A stretch of DNA of 64,000 bases. Source: Eledone cirrhosa (lineage: Eukaryota). Location of the stretch: NCBI GenBank assembly GCA_964016885.1, contig OZ024742.1, forward strand, positions 139,376,001 through 139,440,000, in the 5' to 3' direction. A model generated the notes under the pieces. The model ran no database searches, was not told the origin of the DNA, and saw nothing but the letters and a program-made list of their open reading frames with translations. The position numbers and the translations under genes are program-made. Of the stretch, positions 29,016 through 42,973 are shown piece after piece (the first letter of the stretch is position 1; each line of letters opens with the position of its first letter).

Positions 29016-30591
29016 AGGAAGAAGACGTGTATATGCACATATATGTATACTTATGCATGCATAAACACACACAAAAACATACATACTGGCAAACACAGTC
29101 GCACAAAATACTCACAACACACAAACATGCATTGACACACACACAAAGTCACATATATGTACAATATGATAATAAAATATAGTAAGTGTATGTAGAATTT
29201 GAAATGTTTGTGTAGTATACAGTATATAAATATAAGGAATGCCATTTCTGATTAAATATCAGTCGATCTGTCTTATTTGAACTAGACACTGTATATATAT
29301 TTCTCAGTTTTCTAAAATATCATAGAATACTAAGTTTTTTGATGAGCGAGTAAAGCAGTCCTCGCTGTCTTTCAATAACGTTATGGAGACTAAAATATAT
29401 ATAACCACGTAGGGAGATTTATTTTAGAGGAAAGCGTTATATATAAGGCCATCACATGTGCAACGGAATATTATGTGTGGGCGGTGGATTGGCAGTATCG
29501 GTAGAGGGTCGGACGCCATGCTTTCCAGCATAGTTACGTCTCTTTATGATCTGAGTTCAAATGCCGCCGAGGTTGACTTTGCCTTTCATCCTTATGGGGT
29601 CGATAAAATAAAGTACCAGTAATGCACTGGGTAATTGCTGGCCTTGTGCCTAAAGTAGAAACAATTATGTGTGGTTGTAACGATAAGTGGATGGATGGAT
29701 GTAACTGTTGGTATGGTGGTTTCGATGTAAAGAAAAATACCAGGATTGTGTTGTTACAAAGTTTATTTTATCATAACAATATTCAATTTGAATATTGAAT
29801 GATAAAATCAATGACACAAAATATTCATACAATAATTTGGTGGATCTTCGAGCCACGTAAATTCAAGTATCACAGAATACGATTATAATATGTGTAAACA
29901 GAAATGAATGGTGCGTGTACAAATGCTGAACTCACTATGAATGCGTGTGTGCGTGTATTGCAGGAGTCAGCGATCAGCCAGGAAGGTGAGAATAAGTGGC
30001 AGACTGGTTTTTCCGTGACGAGAGCTTATGAATGCGACTTGTCTTGTCTGTATATCACTTCTTTTCTATTCGAGGCGTAAACAATCCCTGTAGAGTTGAA
30101 GTTAGAAGGATAGATATATCCTCTGAGCTTTGGTTAGTCTCCCAATAGATTAGTTTGCCAAGCGTAAACAAGTCAGAAAGATGGATATATCCTCTGACCT
30201 ATTTTCTGTCAGGCGTAAACACGTCTGACCTGTGTTTAGCCTCTCCCAAGGGGTTAGTCTCTTGAGTGTAAACAAGTTACCACGGCTTGTCCCAGAGGCG
30301 GGAAAGCTCAGATTCGGTTTCGAATCTTCGCCGCCGTTATACATGTCTGAGTACAATATCGTATCTTACGAAAGTCTTTTGTTTTATAAAACTTCAAAAA
30401 TCATTATCTGCATGTATTTTTCATTAACTTGAGAACACAATAGAATTTATAAATAAATGAAATGGTATTTCTCATAAAGTATTATTTGATTTGTCTCATT
30501 TGTAATTATTTAGAAGATATTGTATATAATTATTGCAACATCTGACATCATATTTTTAGATAGGTTATAAAAAAATGAAAAATATATAATA

Positions 30592-31570
30592 CAAGCTGAA
30601 TTACCCGGCGTTGCCCGGGTTACTGATGTTCTTATTCAGATTAGTAAATAATAAATATGAAGATATGTTGTCTTCTCATAATTATTGCAAAATATCTATA
30701 TTTGATAAAAGAAAATATGAAAATTTTAATGATAATAGAATTTAGAAATGAAAATCTGTCAATCTTGAAGCACCTTAGCGTAAACAATATTCAGACACAC
30801 GCATAGCTTTTCAACTCATTTTTTTACAGTCGCTACATATTTATATGTATGTGTAGATGTGTGTGTATTTAATAACGTACCTAATGAACGCGCTCACACC
30901 CACTCACACACACATTCATATTTGTATAGAAAATATGACGTCGCTGTGTTGTTTTCTATTATTTTAATCCAAATGAAAATAAAAATTATCACACATACAC
31001 TCACACACAGATACCCTCACACATACACTTACACATACATACACTCTCACATACATTCACTCACACATACACTCACATACATATACACTCTCACATACAC
31101 TCACGCACTCTCACATACAATCATATACATATACTAAGACAGACACACACAGACATACATTCACGCACACCTGTCTTTCATCACATATGTATCTGTATGT
31201 GTAGATGTGTGTGTTTGTGTGTGTGTGTGTTTAATTCGATGAGGCCAAACGTTAAAATAAAAATTATCACACATACACTCACACACACTTACACTCACAC
31301 GCACATACACTCTCACATACATATACTAAGACAGACACACACAGACATACAATCACACACACCTATTACTTGTGTAGATGTGTGTGTGTGTGTTTGTTTG
31401 AGTGTGAAGATAATGTGTTTGCAGCTTACTAAGGCTATATGTATGTGTAGATGCGTGAGTGTGTTTAATATTCTGAGGCCTAACGTACGCAACGAACTCG
31501 CAAACACACACACACGCATAGACACATACACACTCATATACAAAATGTGACGCACCGTCGTGGTGGTGGT
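30592..31570 (-). mobile_element. Non-autonomous Helitron-like element with internal CA-rich repeats
   Basis: Minus strand ends acccgggcaacgccgggt-aattcagCTTG|T (subterminal hairpin plus CTAG variant); the 5' boundary is uncertain. Confidence 0.55.
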
Positions 31571-31891
31571 GGTTCACTATAGTTCACTATATATATCACT
31601 TTACATATATATATATATATATATATATATACTGTAAAGTGATAAATCATTTAATAATAAAACAAACGATATGCAGTATCGGTAGAGAGTCGGACACCAT
31701 TATTTGAAGCATAGAGTTACGTCCCTATATGATCTGAGATCAAATGCCGCTGAGGTTAACTTTGCCTTTCATCATTACGGGGTCGATAAAATAAAGTACC
31801 AGTAATGTACGGGGTAATTGCTGGCCTTATGCTAAAAGTAGAAACAATGATTAACCTTATAATATATCTATATATGTGTCTTTATTTACAA

Positions 31892-31915
31892 CGCCTGTTA
31901 AAGTTGGAAATCCAA
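31892..31915 (+). pseudogene. Micro-exon B0 (24 nt, xPVKVGNP) with a broken acceptor
   Basis: Same context as B1/B2 (tgtgtctttatttaca_|...|gtaagtactcatgaaa) but the acceptor is AA instead of AG. Confidence 0.65.
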
Positions 31916-32039
31916 GTAAGTACTCATGAAACATTAATACAAATTTTAACCCATATAACTAATTTATTTTCTAATAATATCAAGTAAGTTTGAATTCATT
32001 GATACATTAATATCTTTTATAAAGCAGAAAAGAATTACT

Positions 32040-32540
32040 TTAAAAAATCGACACCGAAGCTGACGATAACAGAAGCGAAATGCTTATGCTGGTCTTCTCT
32101 ATGAGATTTACATAAACATGCCAGACTTGTTCTCCAATGTCCTCCAAGCTGTCTGCGGCAATTGGCAGTTAAACGGTAAAATTCCCTGTTCTGTGAGTCG
32201 AATTGTAGGAAAGCTGATAAAGACAAGAACAATGGGGATGTCACAGATAATTTCCAACCAATAAATGTGCTTAACACACAGGCCAATATTACGACAAGGA
32301 TGCTAGCAACGAGCTTGGCGTTAGATGTCGAGATTCTGTTACAGGAGGCGGAGACTCCACCTCATGCGATACATCATAGAGTAAGGAGTAAATCTGGCTT
32401 CGGACGGGCTCTAAATAATTTAGATCAATCAAAATCTTTCGATATTGTCGAATATCGATACCTAGTGATTGATCTCATGGTAGTCGGCCTTTATCCCGTT
32501 TACAGAAGCTGTATTGCTGCAATGTCCAGCGACATCTGTA
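32040..32540 (+). mobile_element. Fragment of the Tx1/L1-like RT region
   Basis: LDQSKSFDIVEYRYL; nucleotide similarity to ~27730-28260. Confidence 0.65.
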
Positions 32541-32979
32541 CGGAGTTTTTTCAGGTTATTGGGGTTATTTTTAGGCGTTACGTCAGACTGATTTCCTTGA
32601 AATTGTAACTATGTATTAGTCAGTCTCTTCTTCATACCGTGAGCAAAGAAAATCCAATTTTTGTATGGTCTAGGTGAAAAACTTCATATTTTTCAGCTTT
32701 TTAGGGCTTTTTTGAGGCGTTACGTCTAGCCGATTTTCCCGAAAGTTCAAGGCATACAAAAAAAATTCATTGTCTTGATCCCCTAGAGCCCGCATTCGGT
32801 GAAAGCCTGCATTTTTTCCTACTTCATCGAGGAAAATCTTAAAGATTATCCAGCCATCAGAGTATTCGGTTTATTTTCTTTACATATTGTCCAGGCATGC
32901 ACTTTTTCCATGATTAGGTCTGTTGGCGGCCCGCGTTCCAAAATACCTTATCCCGTGCAACGCCGGGTACCACTGCTAG
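32540..32979 (+). mobile_element. Helitron 3' fragment
   Basis: Ends cccgtgcaacgccggg-taccactgCTAG|T. Confidence 0.6.
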
Positions 32980-32989
32980 TTTTATATAC

Positions 32990-33722
32990 ATGTCCTCTGT
33001 TTCAGGTCGTCAAGCAATGAGCACAGAGCAACGAACAAACTTGAAGTTTATGGTACGGTTGGGGAAAGCTCCGCTGCAGCAAGTGTATGGAGTTAAGACG
33101 ATGTCACGCTCACGTGTTTTTGAGTGGTGCAAGAGGTTTAAAGAAGGACGCGAGGACGTGGAAGATGACCCCAGGAGCAGAAGGCCCTCAACAACCAGGA
33201 CTGAGGTCAAGGTTGAGCGCGTCAGGTAGATGGTACGTAGCGATCGTCGGCTAACTGTTCGACTGATGGCAAATGAGCTGGGCATGAATCGGGACAGTGT
33301 CTGGAAGATTCTCAATGGAGATTTGGACATGCGGAAAGTCTGCGCGAAGATGGTGCCAAAACTGCTGAACGATGACCAGAAGGGTCGACGCAAGCAAGTT
33401 TGCCAGGACATCCTCGAGCGTCCTGAAACCGAACCTGACTTGCTAGGGACAGTCATTACCGGTGATGAGTCATGAATCTTCGAGTACGACCTGAAGGGGA
33501 ACCGTTTTGAAGACGTGGACGACATCAAAAAGGCGGTGACGACGGAACTGCGGAGGATCCCGGAAGAATCCTTCCAGGAGTGCATGCAAGCGTGGCAGAA
33601 AAGGATGGAAAAGTGCATTAGACTCCAGGGGAATTACTTTGAAGGAGAAAACTCTTAGTGTGAAGTTTGGGTTTGAAATAAATTTTTGTGGCATCAGTCC
33701 TGGAACTTTTCTGACACACCTC

Positions 33723-33725
<3 letters not shown>
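32990..33725 (+). mobile_element. Internally deleted mariner transposon
   Basis: EQRTNLKFMVRLGK, VFEWCKRFKEGREDVEDDPRS, KMVPKLL and ITGDES, then a jump to LKGNRF...KCIRLQGNYFEG; right TIR-like end ...ctgacacacctcgTA. Confidence 0.9.
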
Positions 33726-33804
<79 letters not shown>

Positions 33805-33807
<3 letters not shown>

Positions 33808-35780
33808 GTGCGGAAGCAAGTGAGACCCGGGTGCCGAGAAGAAAGAACAAAAGGAAGCACATCAGCTCTGCAGACCCAAAAGTGTGTGCAGCCAGAGAAC
33901 ACCTGAAAGCTGCCAAGGACCAATTCTATGCTGATCCTACGGAGGAGAGGATGGAGACTGTGGAGGTGATGAGGGAAGAACTCTGTACCGCTTACACTGA
34001 GGCCAGAGAGGAGGCACTGATAGAGAAAGTCAGAAGTGTGGAGAGAGCGGTTGACAGATCTGGATGTAAGGAGAGCTGGGTGATCATGAACAAGATCACA
34101 AGGGGGAAGAGAAGATGTTCGAGTCAGATCCAGGGAACCGGGCCCGAGGATAGGAAGAGGAAATGGCTAGACCATTTTAGGACCCTACTAGGAGAGCCAC
34201 CATCCACAGCCCAGAGCACTGGGGAGATCAGGCGGCTGTTTGAAGAACTGGAAATTGATACAGAGCCCTTTACGAGAGAGGAGCTTCAGAGAGCCAAGAA
34301 GAAGATCAAGGAGGGCAAGGCTCATGGAGAAGATGGAGTGGCATCAGAGGTGATGAAGAGGTGTGATTTTGATGATATCATCCTGGGGTTCTGTAACCAG
34401 GCACTGGATAAAGGAGTTGCCCGAATCAATGGAGGATCAGTAACATCGTCCCAGTGCCAAAGAAGGGAGATCTCTCTAACACCAAAAACTACAGGGGGGG
34501 GGTCTCACTGACGTCACATATGGCAAAGACCCTCAACAGGATGATTCTTAACAGGATCCAGCCTGAGATGGAGAAGAAGCTCAGGGACAACCAGAACGGA
34601 TTCAGAGAGGGAAGATCAACCACCAGTCACATCCTGATGCTGAGGAGGATATTAGAGGGAGGTAGAGCAAAGTGCCTTCCTGCGGTCATGGTTTTCATTG
34701 ACTTTAGGAAGGCCTTTGATTCTGTGGACCGTCACTGCCTGATGAAGATCCTACAGGCTTATGGAATCCCCAAGAATATAGTGGACCTGATATCACTGCT
34801 CTACACCAACACCAAAGCCCAAGTCATTACACCTGATGGGATGACAGAGTTCTTTGAGATACTGGCTGGAGTGCTCCAGGGAGATACATTGGCTCCCTAC
34901 CTTTTTATCATCGTAGTGGACTATTGTATGTGCCTTGCACTGGAGAAACAGCAGGACTCTGGCTTTACTGTAGCACCGGCTCAGAGCAGGAGAGTTAAGG
35001 CGAAAAAGATATCGGATGCTGAATTTGCCGACGACATAGTTTTGGTGACAAATACAGTGAAGGAGGCAGAGGATTTGATGCAGGAGGTTGAGACTGTGTC
35101 GATGAGTGTGGGGCTGAGAATGAATGAAACTAAAACAAAATATCTGGTGGACAATGTTGAGAAGCCAGAGGGGATCACTAATGTAGGGGGGAAGCCGCTG
35201 GAATTGGTTGAGGACTTCCTGTATTTGGGAGCAAAGATTTGGAATACGGAAGATCATGTGGTTGAGAGGATGAGCAAACCCTAGGCGGCTTGCCACAGCT
35301 TGAGATCGGTGTGGAAGTCGGACCACGTAAAGACCTGAAAATCCGCCTCTTCATTGCTGTAGTGGAGTATGTGCTGCTGTACGGGTCTGAGACTTGGACA
35401 CTGACACAGAAACTCACTCAGATGGTGGATGGGTGCTACACGAGAATGCTCAGGATGGCTCTGAACATTGATCAGTATACACTGAGGATTAAAAACTCAT
35501 AGCCGTATGGGAGCCTCCCAAAAGTCAGCTCAAAAGTGACACAGAGGAGATTGAGATTAGCTGGATGTGCTCACTGACATCTGGAGTTAACATTGCACTC
35601 AGGGCTCCTGTGGGAGCCCCTATATCGACACACTTGAAGGGGAAGACCAAGGTTAACGTATGTTGATGCCCTAAGGACAGACACTGGTCTGTTGGAGACG
35701 CAGGACATAGCAGCGATGATAAGGGACAGAGACCGTTGGAGAGAACTCGTCCATGGATCTCGGAAATTTTACCCGCCCTA
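33805..35780 (+). mobile_element. 5'-truncated RTE-like LINE with frameshifted RT
   Basis: PKKGDLS..NYR, QNGFREGRST, FIDFRKAFDSV, GVLQGDTLAPYLF, FADD, YLG and LLYGSETW; flanked by (TA)n. Confidence 0.85.
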
Positions 35781-37295
35781 GAGAATATATATATATATAT
35801 TGTCAAAGACCGAAACAAAAACAAGGACTGCAGTACGAACAGTGTTGGTATTAGGGTCACGCTTGAGGGTTGGGTGATATGTGTGTATGGATGTATATAT
35901 ATGATATTAAATAACAGTAAGTGTAAGTAGAATTCTAAAGTGTATATTTTACACACTATATATATATTTCTCAGTTTTCTCAAATGTCGCACGATAGTAA
36001 GTCTGTCGAGTGAGTAAAGCAGTCATCGTTCACTTTTAATTACGTTCTGGAGACTAAAATATATATAATTACTTATAGGGAGATTTTTTCCTTGAGTAGG
36101 TAAGGCGTTACAACGAAATATAAGGCCATATAATGTACCTTTGAATATATTTATTCATTAATATCGTTTATAAAAAAGAAAAAAAATTGCTTAATTAAAT
36201 GTCGTATATATATGCTGTAAATTGATATATCATTTAATAATAAAACTGACGATATTAGTTCTAAAATTATATTAATGACATCATCTGTATTAGATAGCAA
36301 ATGTATATATAAGCTAGGACTTCTATTAAACTATACATGTTTCTGTAATATATTTTTTATAAATGAAAGCAATTCTATTTCCGATAAAATATCAGTCGAT
36401 CTGTCTTATTTGAATTTTTTTAATACTTAATGTTAAGAATTATCGAAACTTTCAATATTATATATTGAACTGGTGTAGGAAATAAAGAAAATTATATAGT
36501 ATATATATATATAAATAGATGAATGATCCGAAAGACAAGAATAAATTGCTAATTATTAACATTATGATATATATATGTGTCTCATTTAATCATAAGACTG
36601 ACGTTATTCGTTCTAAAATTATATTAATTACATCATCTATATTAGATAGCAAATGTATAAAAGCTAGGACTTCCATTAAACTATCCATCTTAGTGTAATA
36701 TATTATTTATAAATGAAGGCGGTGGATTGGCTGCATCGGTAGAGGGTCGGACGCCATGCTTTGAAGCATAGAGTTACGGCCCTTGCCATTTTGAGTTCAA
36801 ACCCCACCTAGGTTAACTTTGCCTTTCAACCTTACGGGCTCGATAAAATGAAGTACCAGTAATGTAGTTGATAATTGCTGGCCTTGTACCAAAAGTAGAA
36901 ACAATTATTTATAAATGAAAGCATTGCTATTTCTGATACAATATCAGTCGATCTGTCTTATTTGAATTTCTTTAGTACATAATTTTTTCTACTTTTTGCA
37001 CAAGGCCAGCAATTACCCAGTGCATTGCTGGTACTTTATTTTATCGACCCCTAAGGATGAAAGGCAAAGTTAACCTCGGCGGGATTTGAAATCAGGATGG
37101 CAAGGGCCGTAACTCTATTCATCAAAGTATGGCGTCCAACCCTCTACGGATACTGCCAATCCACCGCCATTTCTTTAGTACTTAATGTTAAGAATTATCG
37201 TAACTCTCAATAATGTATATTGAACTGGTATTATAGAAAATAAATAAAATAATTTTTAATCATTACCATAATAAGATATATCTCTGTATTTACAG

Positions 37296-37319
37296 CTGCT
37301 GTTGGCGTTAAAAGTACAG
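37296..37319 (+). CDS. Micro-exon A1 (24 nt, phase 1-1; xAVGVKST)
   Basis: tctctgtatttacAG|CTGCTGTTGGCGTTAAAAGTACAG|GTAAGT. Confidence 0.75.
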
Positions 37320-37797
37320 GTAAGTAATCATTTTATAACAATACACATATTTTGTCCATATGAATTATTTTACAAGGATAGCAAGCAAATTTATATTTAT
37401 TGGTCGATTACAATCTTTGAAAAATCAAATAAGGATTGCTTTATAAAATGTATAATGAAGCTAATGATAACAGAAGCTGAAATACTTGAAGCCCTCAGCG
37501 GCTGTACGATGAACATACAACCCGGCTACGGTGGTCTCCTCTATGCGGTTTACATAGACATGTTAGATATGTTCTGCAATGATTATGATAGTCTTCTCTA
37601 TGAGTTTAACGTAGACATGCTAGACTTGTTCTTGACACTCCTTCAACCTGCCTGCAGCACAAAGCATTAATACAGGGAAATTCTCTGTTCTGTAATTCGG
37701 GGTGTAGTAAAGGTGATATATATTAATAAATGATCTAAAAGATATTATTTAATTTTTCATTATCACCGTAATGATATATATTTATCTGTATTTACAG

Positions 37798-37815
37798 CGA
37801 CTACTTCTACTAAAC
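37798..37815 (+). pseudogene. Dead micro-exon C1 (18 nt; xTTSTK), donor GT->AT
   Basis: tctgtatttacAG|CGACTACTTCTACTAAAC|ATAAGTactcatga. Confidence 0.55.
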
Positions 37816-39100
37816 ATAAGTACTCATGATATAATAATATTTATTTTTGTCCATAAAGATAAATTATGTTTGTTACAAGCATAGCAGGTAAATTTACAGT
37901 CATTGATTTGTTACTACCTTTGATAAATCAGAAAAGAATTGTTTTATAAAATGTTTAATGAAACTTACTATAACAGAAGTTGAAATATTTGCACACCTGG
38001 CCGGTTGCTCGAGTGGCAAATCACCCGGTTACGATGGCCTCCTTTCTGGGGTTTACATAGACAAGCTAAACTTATTCTCCGATGGTTATGATGGTCTCCT
38101 CTATGAGGTTTACACAGACATACTTGATTTGTTCTGGGCATAATCCAGAGAAGTCAGTGTGTCTCCAGCTCACTGCTTGAGTGTCAAATCCATGCAGTTC
38201 AACTGCTTTGACAAACACTGGACGGACGGGACAATGACATTTTTTGGCGTCGTCTGGTTTTGTCTACACCTCCAGGTGGTTAAGGACTGGGATGAAGTAG
38301 CATGGATATACACTTACATACACACAAAGGCATTGTTTTCATATGCACCCTTTTTTCCTGCTATTAATTTTGTCTCTCACTCTTTTAAGTTGTGAAATAG
38401 ACTGGTTATCTACGCACGCGGCTGACACATTTCAGCTCGCTTCTGTATTGCTATATAATGGTTGATCGCATTTAAAGTCCGTTAAAGGTTCTTGGCGCTA
38501 CCATTGTTACCATCGCTTTCCTCTAGCCTTGGAGACATGAACCGAATGCTACCATTCTATTTTATATCAATGTGACCTGCTATTTCTAATGGCCATCTTC
38601 TGATCCTTTGATAATTTATGTGTGCGACACGTTGACTGAGTGCTTCTGACAGGAAAGAGAAGATTGATTCTGTTTAGCTTCCTGTCCCCACGTAAAATTT
38701 GTAAATCAGTGGCTAGTTGAGAGATAGAGTCCTATCGGTTGCCAGTTGCTAATAGCTTTACCGTGTCAGACGTCACAAACAGTCATGGCCGGCATAGACT
38801 GGTCTTAGGATTCTGTCGATCGTTTAGTTATTGATTAGGCGATACCCGCTGATCAAGCTGCATAAGCCGATTGTGCATTGTTGCATAATATATGCAGACA
38901 GATGGTGCAGTGCACCTTATTGGTGCCTTAGTGCGGTAGAAACTCGAGTCCGGGAACCTTACAGGCACCCGTTTTAAGTGCGTTGTGTTGAAGCAAATAA
39001 TTTGTGTATACTCTGGGAATGTATCTTACATTGCCCATGGAGTGCGCTGAGATACAACCGGTACTGGCATTGATAAATATGCTGGGTCCGTCAACCCTTG

Positions 39101-39164
<64 letters not shown>

Positions 39165-39170
<6 letters not shown>

Positions 39171-39380
39171 TAAATAACAGATTAAAGTTTAAGCAAAGAA
39201 TCGCTGCTTTCACCCTTAACGGGATCTTCTGAAACTTGAGGGTGAAAGCAGCGATTCTTTGCTTAAACTTTAATCTGTTATTTTAATAAATATTTGCTCT
39301 ACGGTTCTTATATATTTGATATATATTTATCCTTATCGAGCCCTCTTTGGATTTTAGTCTTCAAGTTTATTATTATTACT
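39165..39380. mobile_element. Short inverted Penelope pLTR fragment inserted in (TA)n (duplicated at ~52540-52760; relatives near 8180-8310 and 9865-10020)
   Basis: ~50-bp inverted arms (ttaaagtttaagcaaagaatcgctgctttcaccct / agggtgaaagcagcgattctttgcttaaactttaa). Confidence 0.7.
39186..39236 (-). ncRNA. Variant hammerhead motif (CAGAAGA core); copy at 52560-52610
   Basis: agttt-CAGAAGA-tccc(gttaa)gggt-GAAA-gca(gcgattctt)tgc-TT-aaact; all three stems pair. Confidence 0.6.
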
Positions 39381-39391
39381 ATATATATATA

Positions 39392-39460
<69 letters not shown>

Positions 39461-39467
<7 letters not shown>

Positions 39468-39560
39468 AATACTTTGGGAGGGTCAGGTTGCCAAAAAGAC
39501 ACACACGCACGTGCGTGTGTGTCTTATTGGCAGCATGACCCTCCCAAAATATTACAATAT
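39461..39560. repeat. 100-bp loopless near-perfect palindrome (copy at 57650-57749)
   Basis: atattgtaatactttgggagggtca...cacgcac|gtgcgtg...tgaccctcccaaaatattacaatat. Confidence 0.9.
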
Positions 39561-39613
39561 CGGTTTCAACACACGTTTTCAGAATCTTGCTAAACAAATT
39601 CAGAAACGATATA

Positions 39614-39647
<34 letters not shown>

Positions 39648-39662
39648 GAGAGAGATATATAT

Positions 39663-39708
<46 letters not shown>

Positions 39709-40027
39709 ATGTATGTATGTAATTCGTCGACGACTAAAGCTGCAACCCCACCAAGTTTACTTGGTCAGGAGGGTGATTTTGGATACCCTGCAGGACAAAA
39801 AACAAAACCTAGCAAAGGGCGGAAGAACCCTTAAGAGTCAACAGCCATCCAAAAATCTGTAAATATGTCTATACATATATATGTATATGTAAATCTGTAT
39901 ATGCATGTGTGCATATGTTAAGAATTATCGTAACTTTCAATAATATATATATTGAACTGGTATTATAGAAAATAAACAAAATAATTTTTGATCATTATCA
40001 TAATAAGATATATCTCTGTATTTACAG

Positions 40028-40051
40028 CTGCTGTTGTCCCTAAATGTACAG
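40028..40051 (+). CDS. Micro-exon A2 (24 nt; xAVVPKCT)
   Basis: tttacAG|CTGCTGTTGTCCCTAAATGTACAG|GTAAGT. Confidence 0.75.
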
Positions 40052-40523
40052 GTAAGTAATCATTATATAACAATACACATATTTTGTCCATATGAATTAT
40101 TTTACAAGGATAGCAAGCAAATTTATATTTATTGGTCGATTACAATCTTTGAAAAATCAAATAAGGATTGCTTTATAAAATGTATAATGAAGCTAATGAT
40201 AACAGAAGCTGAAATACTTGAAGCCCTCAGCGGTTATACGATGAACATATCACCCGGCTACGGTGGTCTCCTCTATGCGGTTTGCATGATAGAAATGTTC
40301 TGCAATGATTATGATAGTCTTCTCTATGAGTTTAACATAGACATGCTAGACTTGTTCTTGACACTCCTTCAACCTGCATGCAGCACAAAGCATTAATACC
40401 GGGAATTTCTCTGTTCTGTAATTCGGGGCGTAGTAAAGGTGATATATATTAATAAATGATCTAAAAGATATTATTTAATTTTTCATTATCACTGTAATGA
40501 TATATATTTATCTGTATTTACAT

Positions 40524-40541
40524 CGGCTGCTTCTACTAAAC
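40524..40541 (+). pseudogene. Dead micro-exon C2, both splice sites lost
   Basis: tttacAT|CGGCTGCTTCTACTAAAC|ATAAGT. Confidence 0.5.
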
Positions 40542-41827
40542 ATAAGTACTCATGATATAATAATATTTATTTTTGTCCATAAAGATAAATTATGTTTGTT
40601 ACAAGCATAGCAGGTAAATTTACAGTCATTGATTTGTTACTATCTTTGATAAATCAGAAAAGAATTGTTTTATGAAATGTTTAATGAAACTTACTATAAC
40701 AGAAGCTGAAATATTTGCGCACCTGGCCGGTTGATCAAGTGGCAAATCACCCGGTTACGATGGCCTCCTTTCTGAGGTTTACATAGACAAGCTAAACTTA
40801 TTCTCCGATGGTTATGATGGTCTCCTCTATAAGGTTTAAACAGACATACTTGATTTGTTCTGGGCATAATCCAGAGAAGTCAGTGTGTTTCCAGCTCACT
40901 GCTTGGGTGTCAAATCCATGCGGTTCAACTGCTTTGACAAACACTGGACGGACGGGACAATGACATTTTTTGGCGTCGTCTGGTTTTGTCTACACCTCCA
41001 GGTGGTTAAGGACTGGGATGAGGTAGCATGGATATACACATACATACACACAAAGACATTGTTTTGATATGCACCCTTTTTTCCTGCTATTAATTTTGTC
41101 TCTCACTCTTTTAAGTTGTAAAATAGACTGGTTAGCTACGCACGCGGCTGACACATTTCAGCTCGCTACTATATTGCTATATAATGGTTGATCGCATTTA
41201 AAGTCCGTTAAAGGTTCTTGGCACTACCATTGTTACCATCGCTTTCTTCTAGCCTTGGAGACATGAACCGAATGCTACCATTCTATTTTATATCAATGTG
41301 AACTGCTATTTCTAATGGCCATCTTCTCACCCCTTGATAATTTGTGTGTGAGACACGTTGGCTGGGTTCTTCTGACAGGAATGAAAAGATTTATTCTGTT
41401 TAGCTTCCCGTCCCCACGTAAAATTTGTAAATCAGTGGCTAGTTGAGAGATAGAGTCCTATCGGTTGCCAGTTGCTAATAGCTTTGCCGTGTCAGTCGTC
41501 ACAAACAGTCATGGCCGGCATAGACTGGTCTTAGGATTCTGTCGATCGATTGGTTATTGATTAGGCGATACCCGCTGATCAAGCTGCATAAGCCGATTGT
41601 GCATTGTTGCATAATATATGCAGACAGATGGTGCAGTGCACTTTACTGCTGCCTTAGTGCGGCAGAAACTCGAGTCCGGAAACCTTATAGACACCAGTTT
41701 TACGTGCGTTGTGTTGAAACAAATAACTTTGTGTATACTCTGGGAATGTATCTTACATTGCCCATGGAGTGCGCTGAGATACAACCGGTACTGGCATTGA
41801 AAAATATGCTGGGTCCGTCAACCCTTG

Positions 41828-41913
<86 letters not shown>

Positions 41914-42973
41914 GTGAGTGCGTATGTATGTAATTCATCGACGACTAAAGCTGCAACCCTGCCAAGTTTACTTGGTGAGGAGGGTGATTTTGGATACCCT
42001 GCAGGACAAAAAACAATACCTAGCAAAGGGCGGAAGAACTCTTAAGAGTCAACAGCCATCCAAAAATCTGTAAATATGTCTATACATGTATATGTATATG
42101 TAAATCTGTATATGCATGTGTGCATGTATATGTATATGCGTGGGGACATTGAAATTGTCGGGCTGGATACGATATCGCGCGGTTAAACCCCTGGGAGTGA
42201 AGGACCACTAGTCTTTGTCACGGCATTCTTCTAGGAAAAGGCAACTCAGGAAACTGGGATAACTCCGACATAAAACCTGCGGCTCAATAGTTGCCGATGA
42301 TGTTGATCTTTTCTTCTTTTCGGGTTATAGCTACTGTCGCTCAGAGAATGGGATTGGCTCAGCGCACAGTATTTCCTCACTTTAAAAAACATCTTCACGC
42401 AGACGCATTGCACAATGGTATTAATTAATAATTATTAATAATGTTATATCGTGCAATGGCCATACTCGATAACAAGGGGGCAGCCATCATGTATGTATAT
42501 GATATTAAATAACAGTAAGTGTAAGTAGAATTCTAAAGTGTATATTTTACACACTATATATATATTTCTCAGTTTTCTCAAATGTCGCACGATAGTAAGT
42601 CTGTCGAGTGAGTAAAGCAGTCATCGTTCACTTTTAATTACGTTCTGGAGACTAAAATATATATAATTACTTATAGGGAGATTTTTTTCTTGAGTAGGTA
42701 AGGCGTTACAACGAAATATAAGGCCATATAATGTACCTTTGAATATATTGATTCATTAATATCGTTTATAAAAAAGAAAAGATTTGCTTAATTAAATGTC
42801 GTATATATATGCTGTAAATTGATATATCATTTAATAATAAAACTGACGATATTAGATCTAAAATTGTATTAATGACATCATCTGTATTAGATAGCAAATG
42901 TATATAAGCTAGGACTTCCATTAAACTATACATGTTTCTGTAATATATTTTTTTATAAATGAAAGCAATTCTA

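Noticed and set aside
29480-29667. tRNA-like A/B boxes (also in all other SINE copies)
   Set aside because: These are SINE heads without a complete cloverleaf, not tRNA genes.
29964-29985. ttgcAG|GAGTCAGCGATCAGCCAGGAAG|GTGAGA possible exon
   Set aside because: It is 22 nt, frame-shifting, and unrelated to the micro-exon modules, with no other support.
35975-35996. tttctcAG|22 nt|GTAAGT cassette repeated in six duplication units
   Set aside because: 22 nt would shift the frame, the copies are nearly invariant like the surrounding intron, and the older paralogue near 29310 lacks the donor. Probably a chance splice-like pair, but worth checking in cDNA.
37302-37670. Recurring ~120-aa ORFs (37302, 40034, 52129, 62075) that look like a gene family
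   Set aside because: They start at TTG/GTG inside the micro-exon, read through its donor site into intron and a decayed LINE RT fragment, and recur only because of the duplication.
41930-42470. Repeat resembling a LINE (RTE) 5' UTR that might hold an HDV-like ribozyme (copies near 39720, 50160, 58000, 60120)
   Set aside because: Only a simple hairpin (caccaagt/acttggtg in the other copies) was found; the nested double pseudoknot could not be built by eye.
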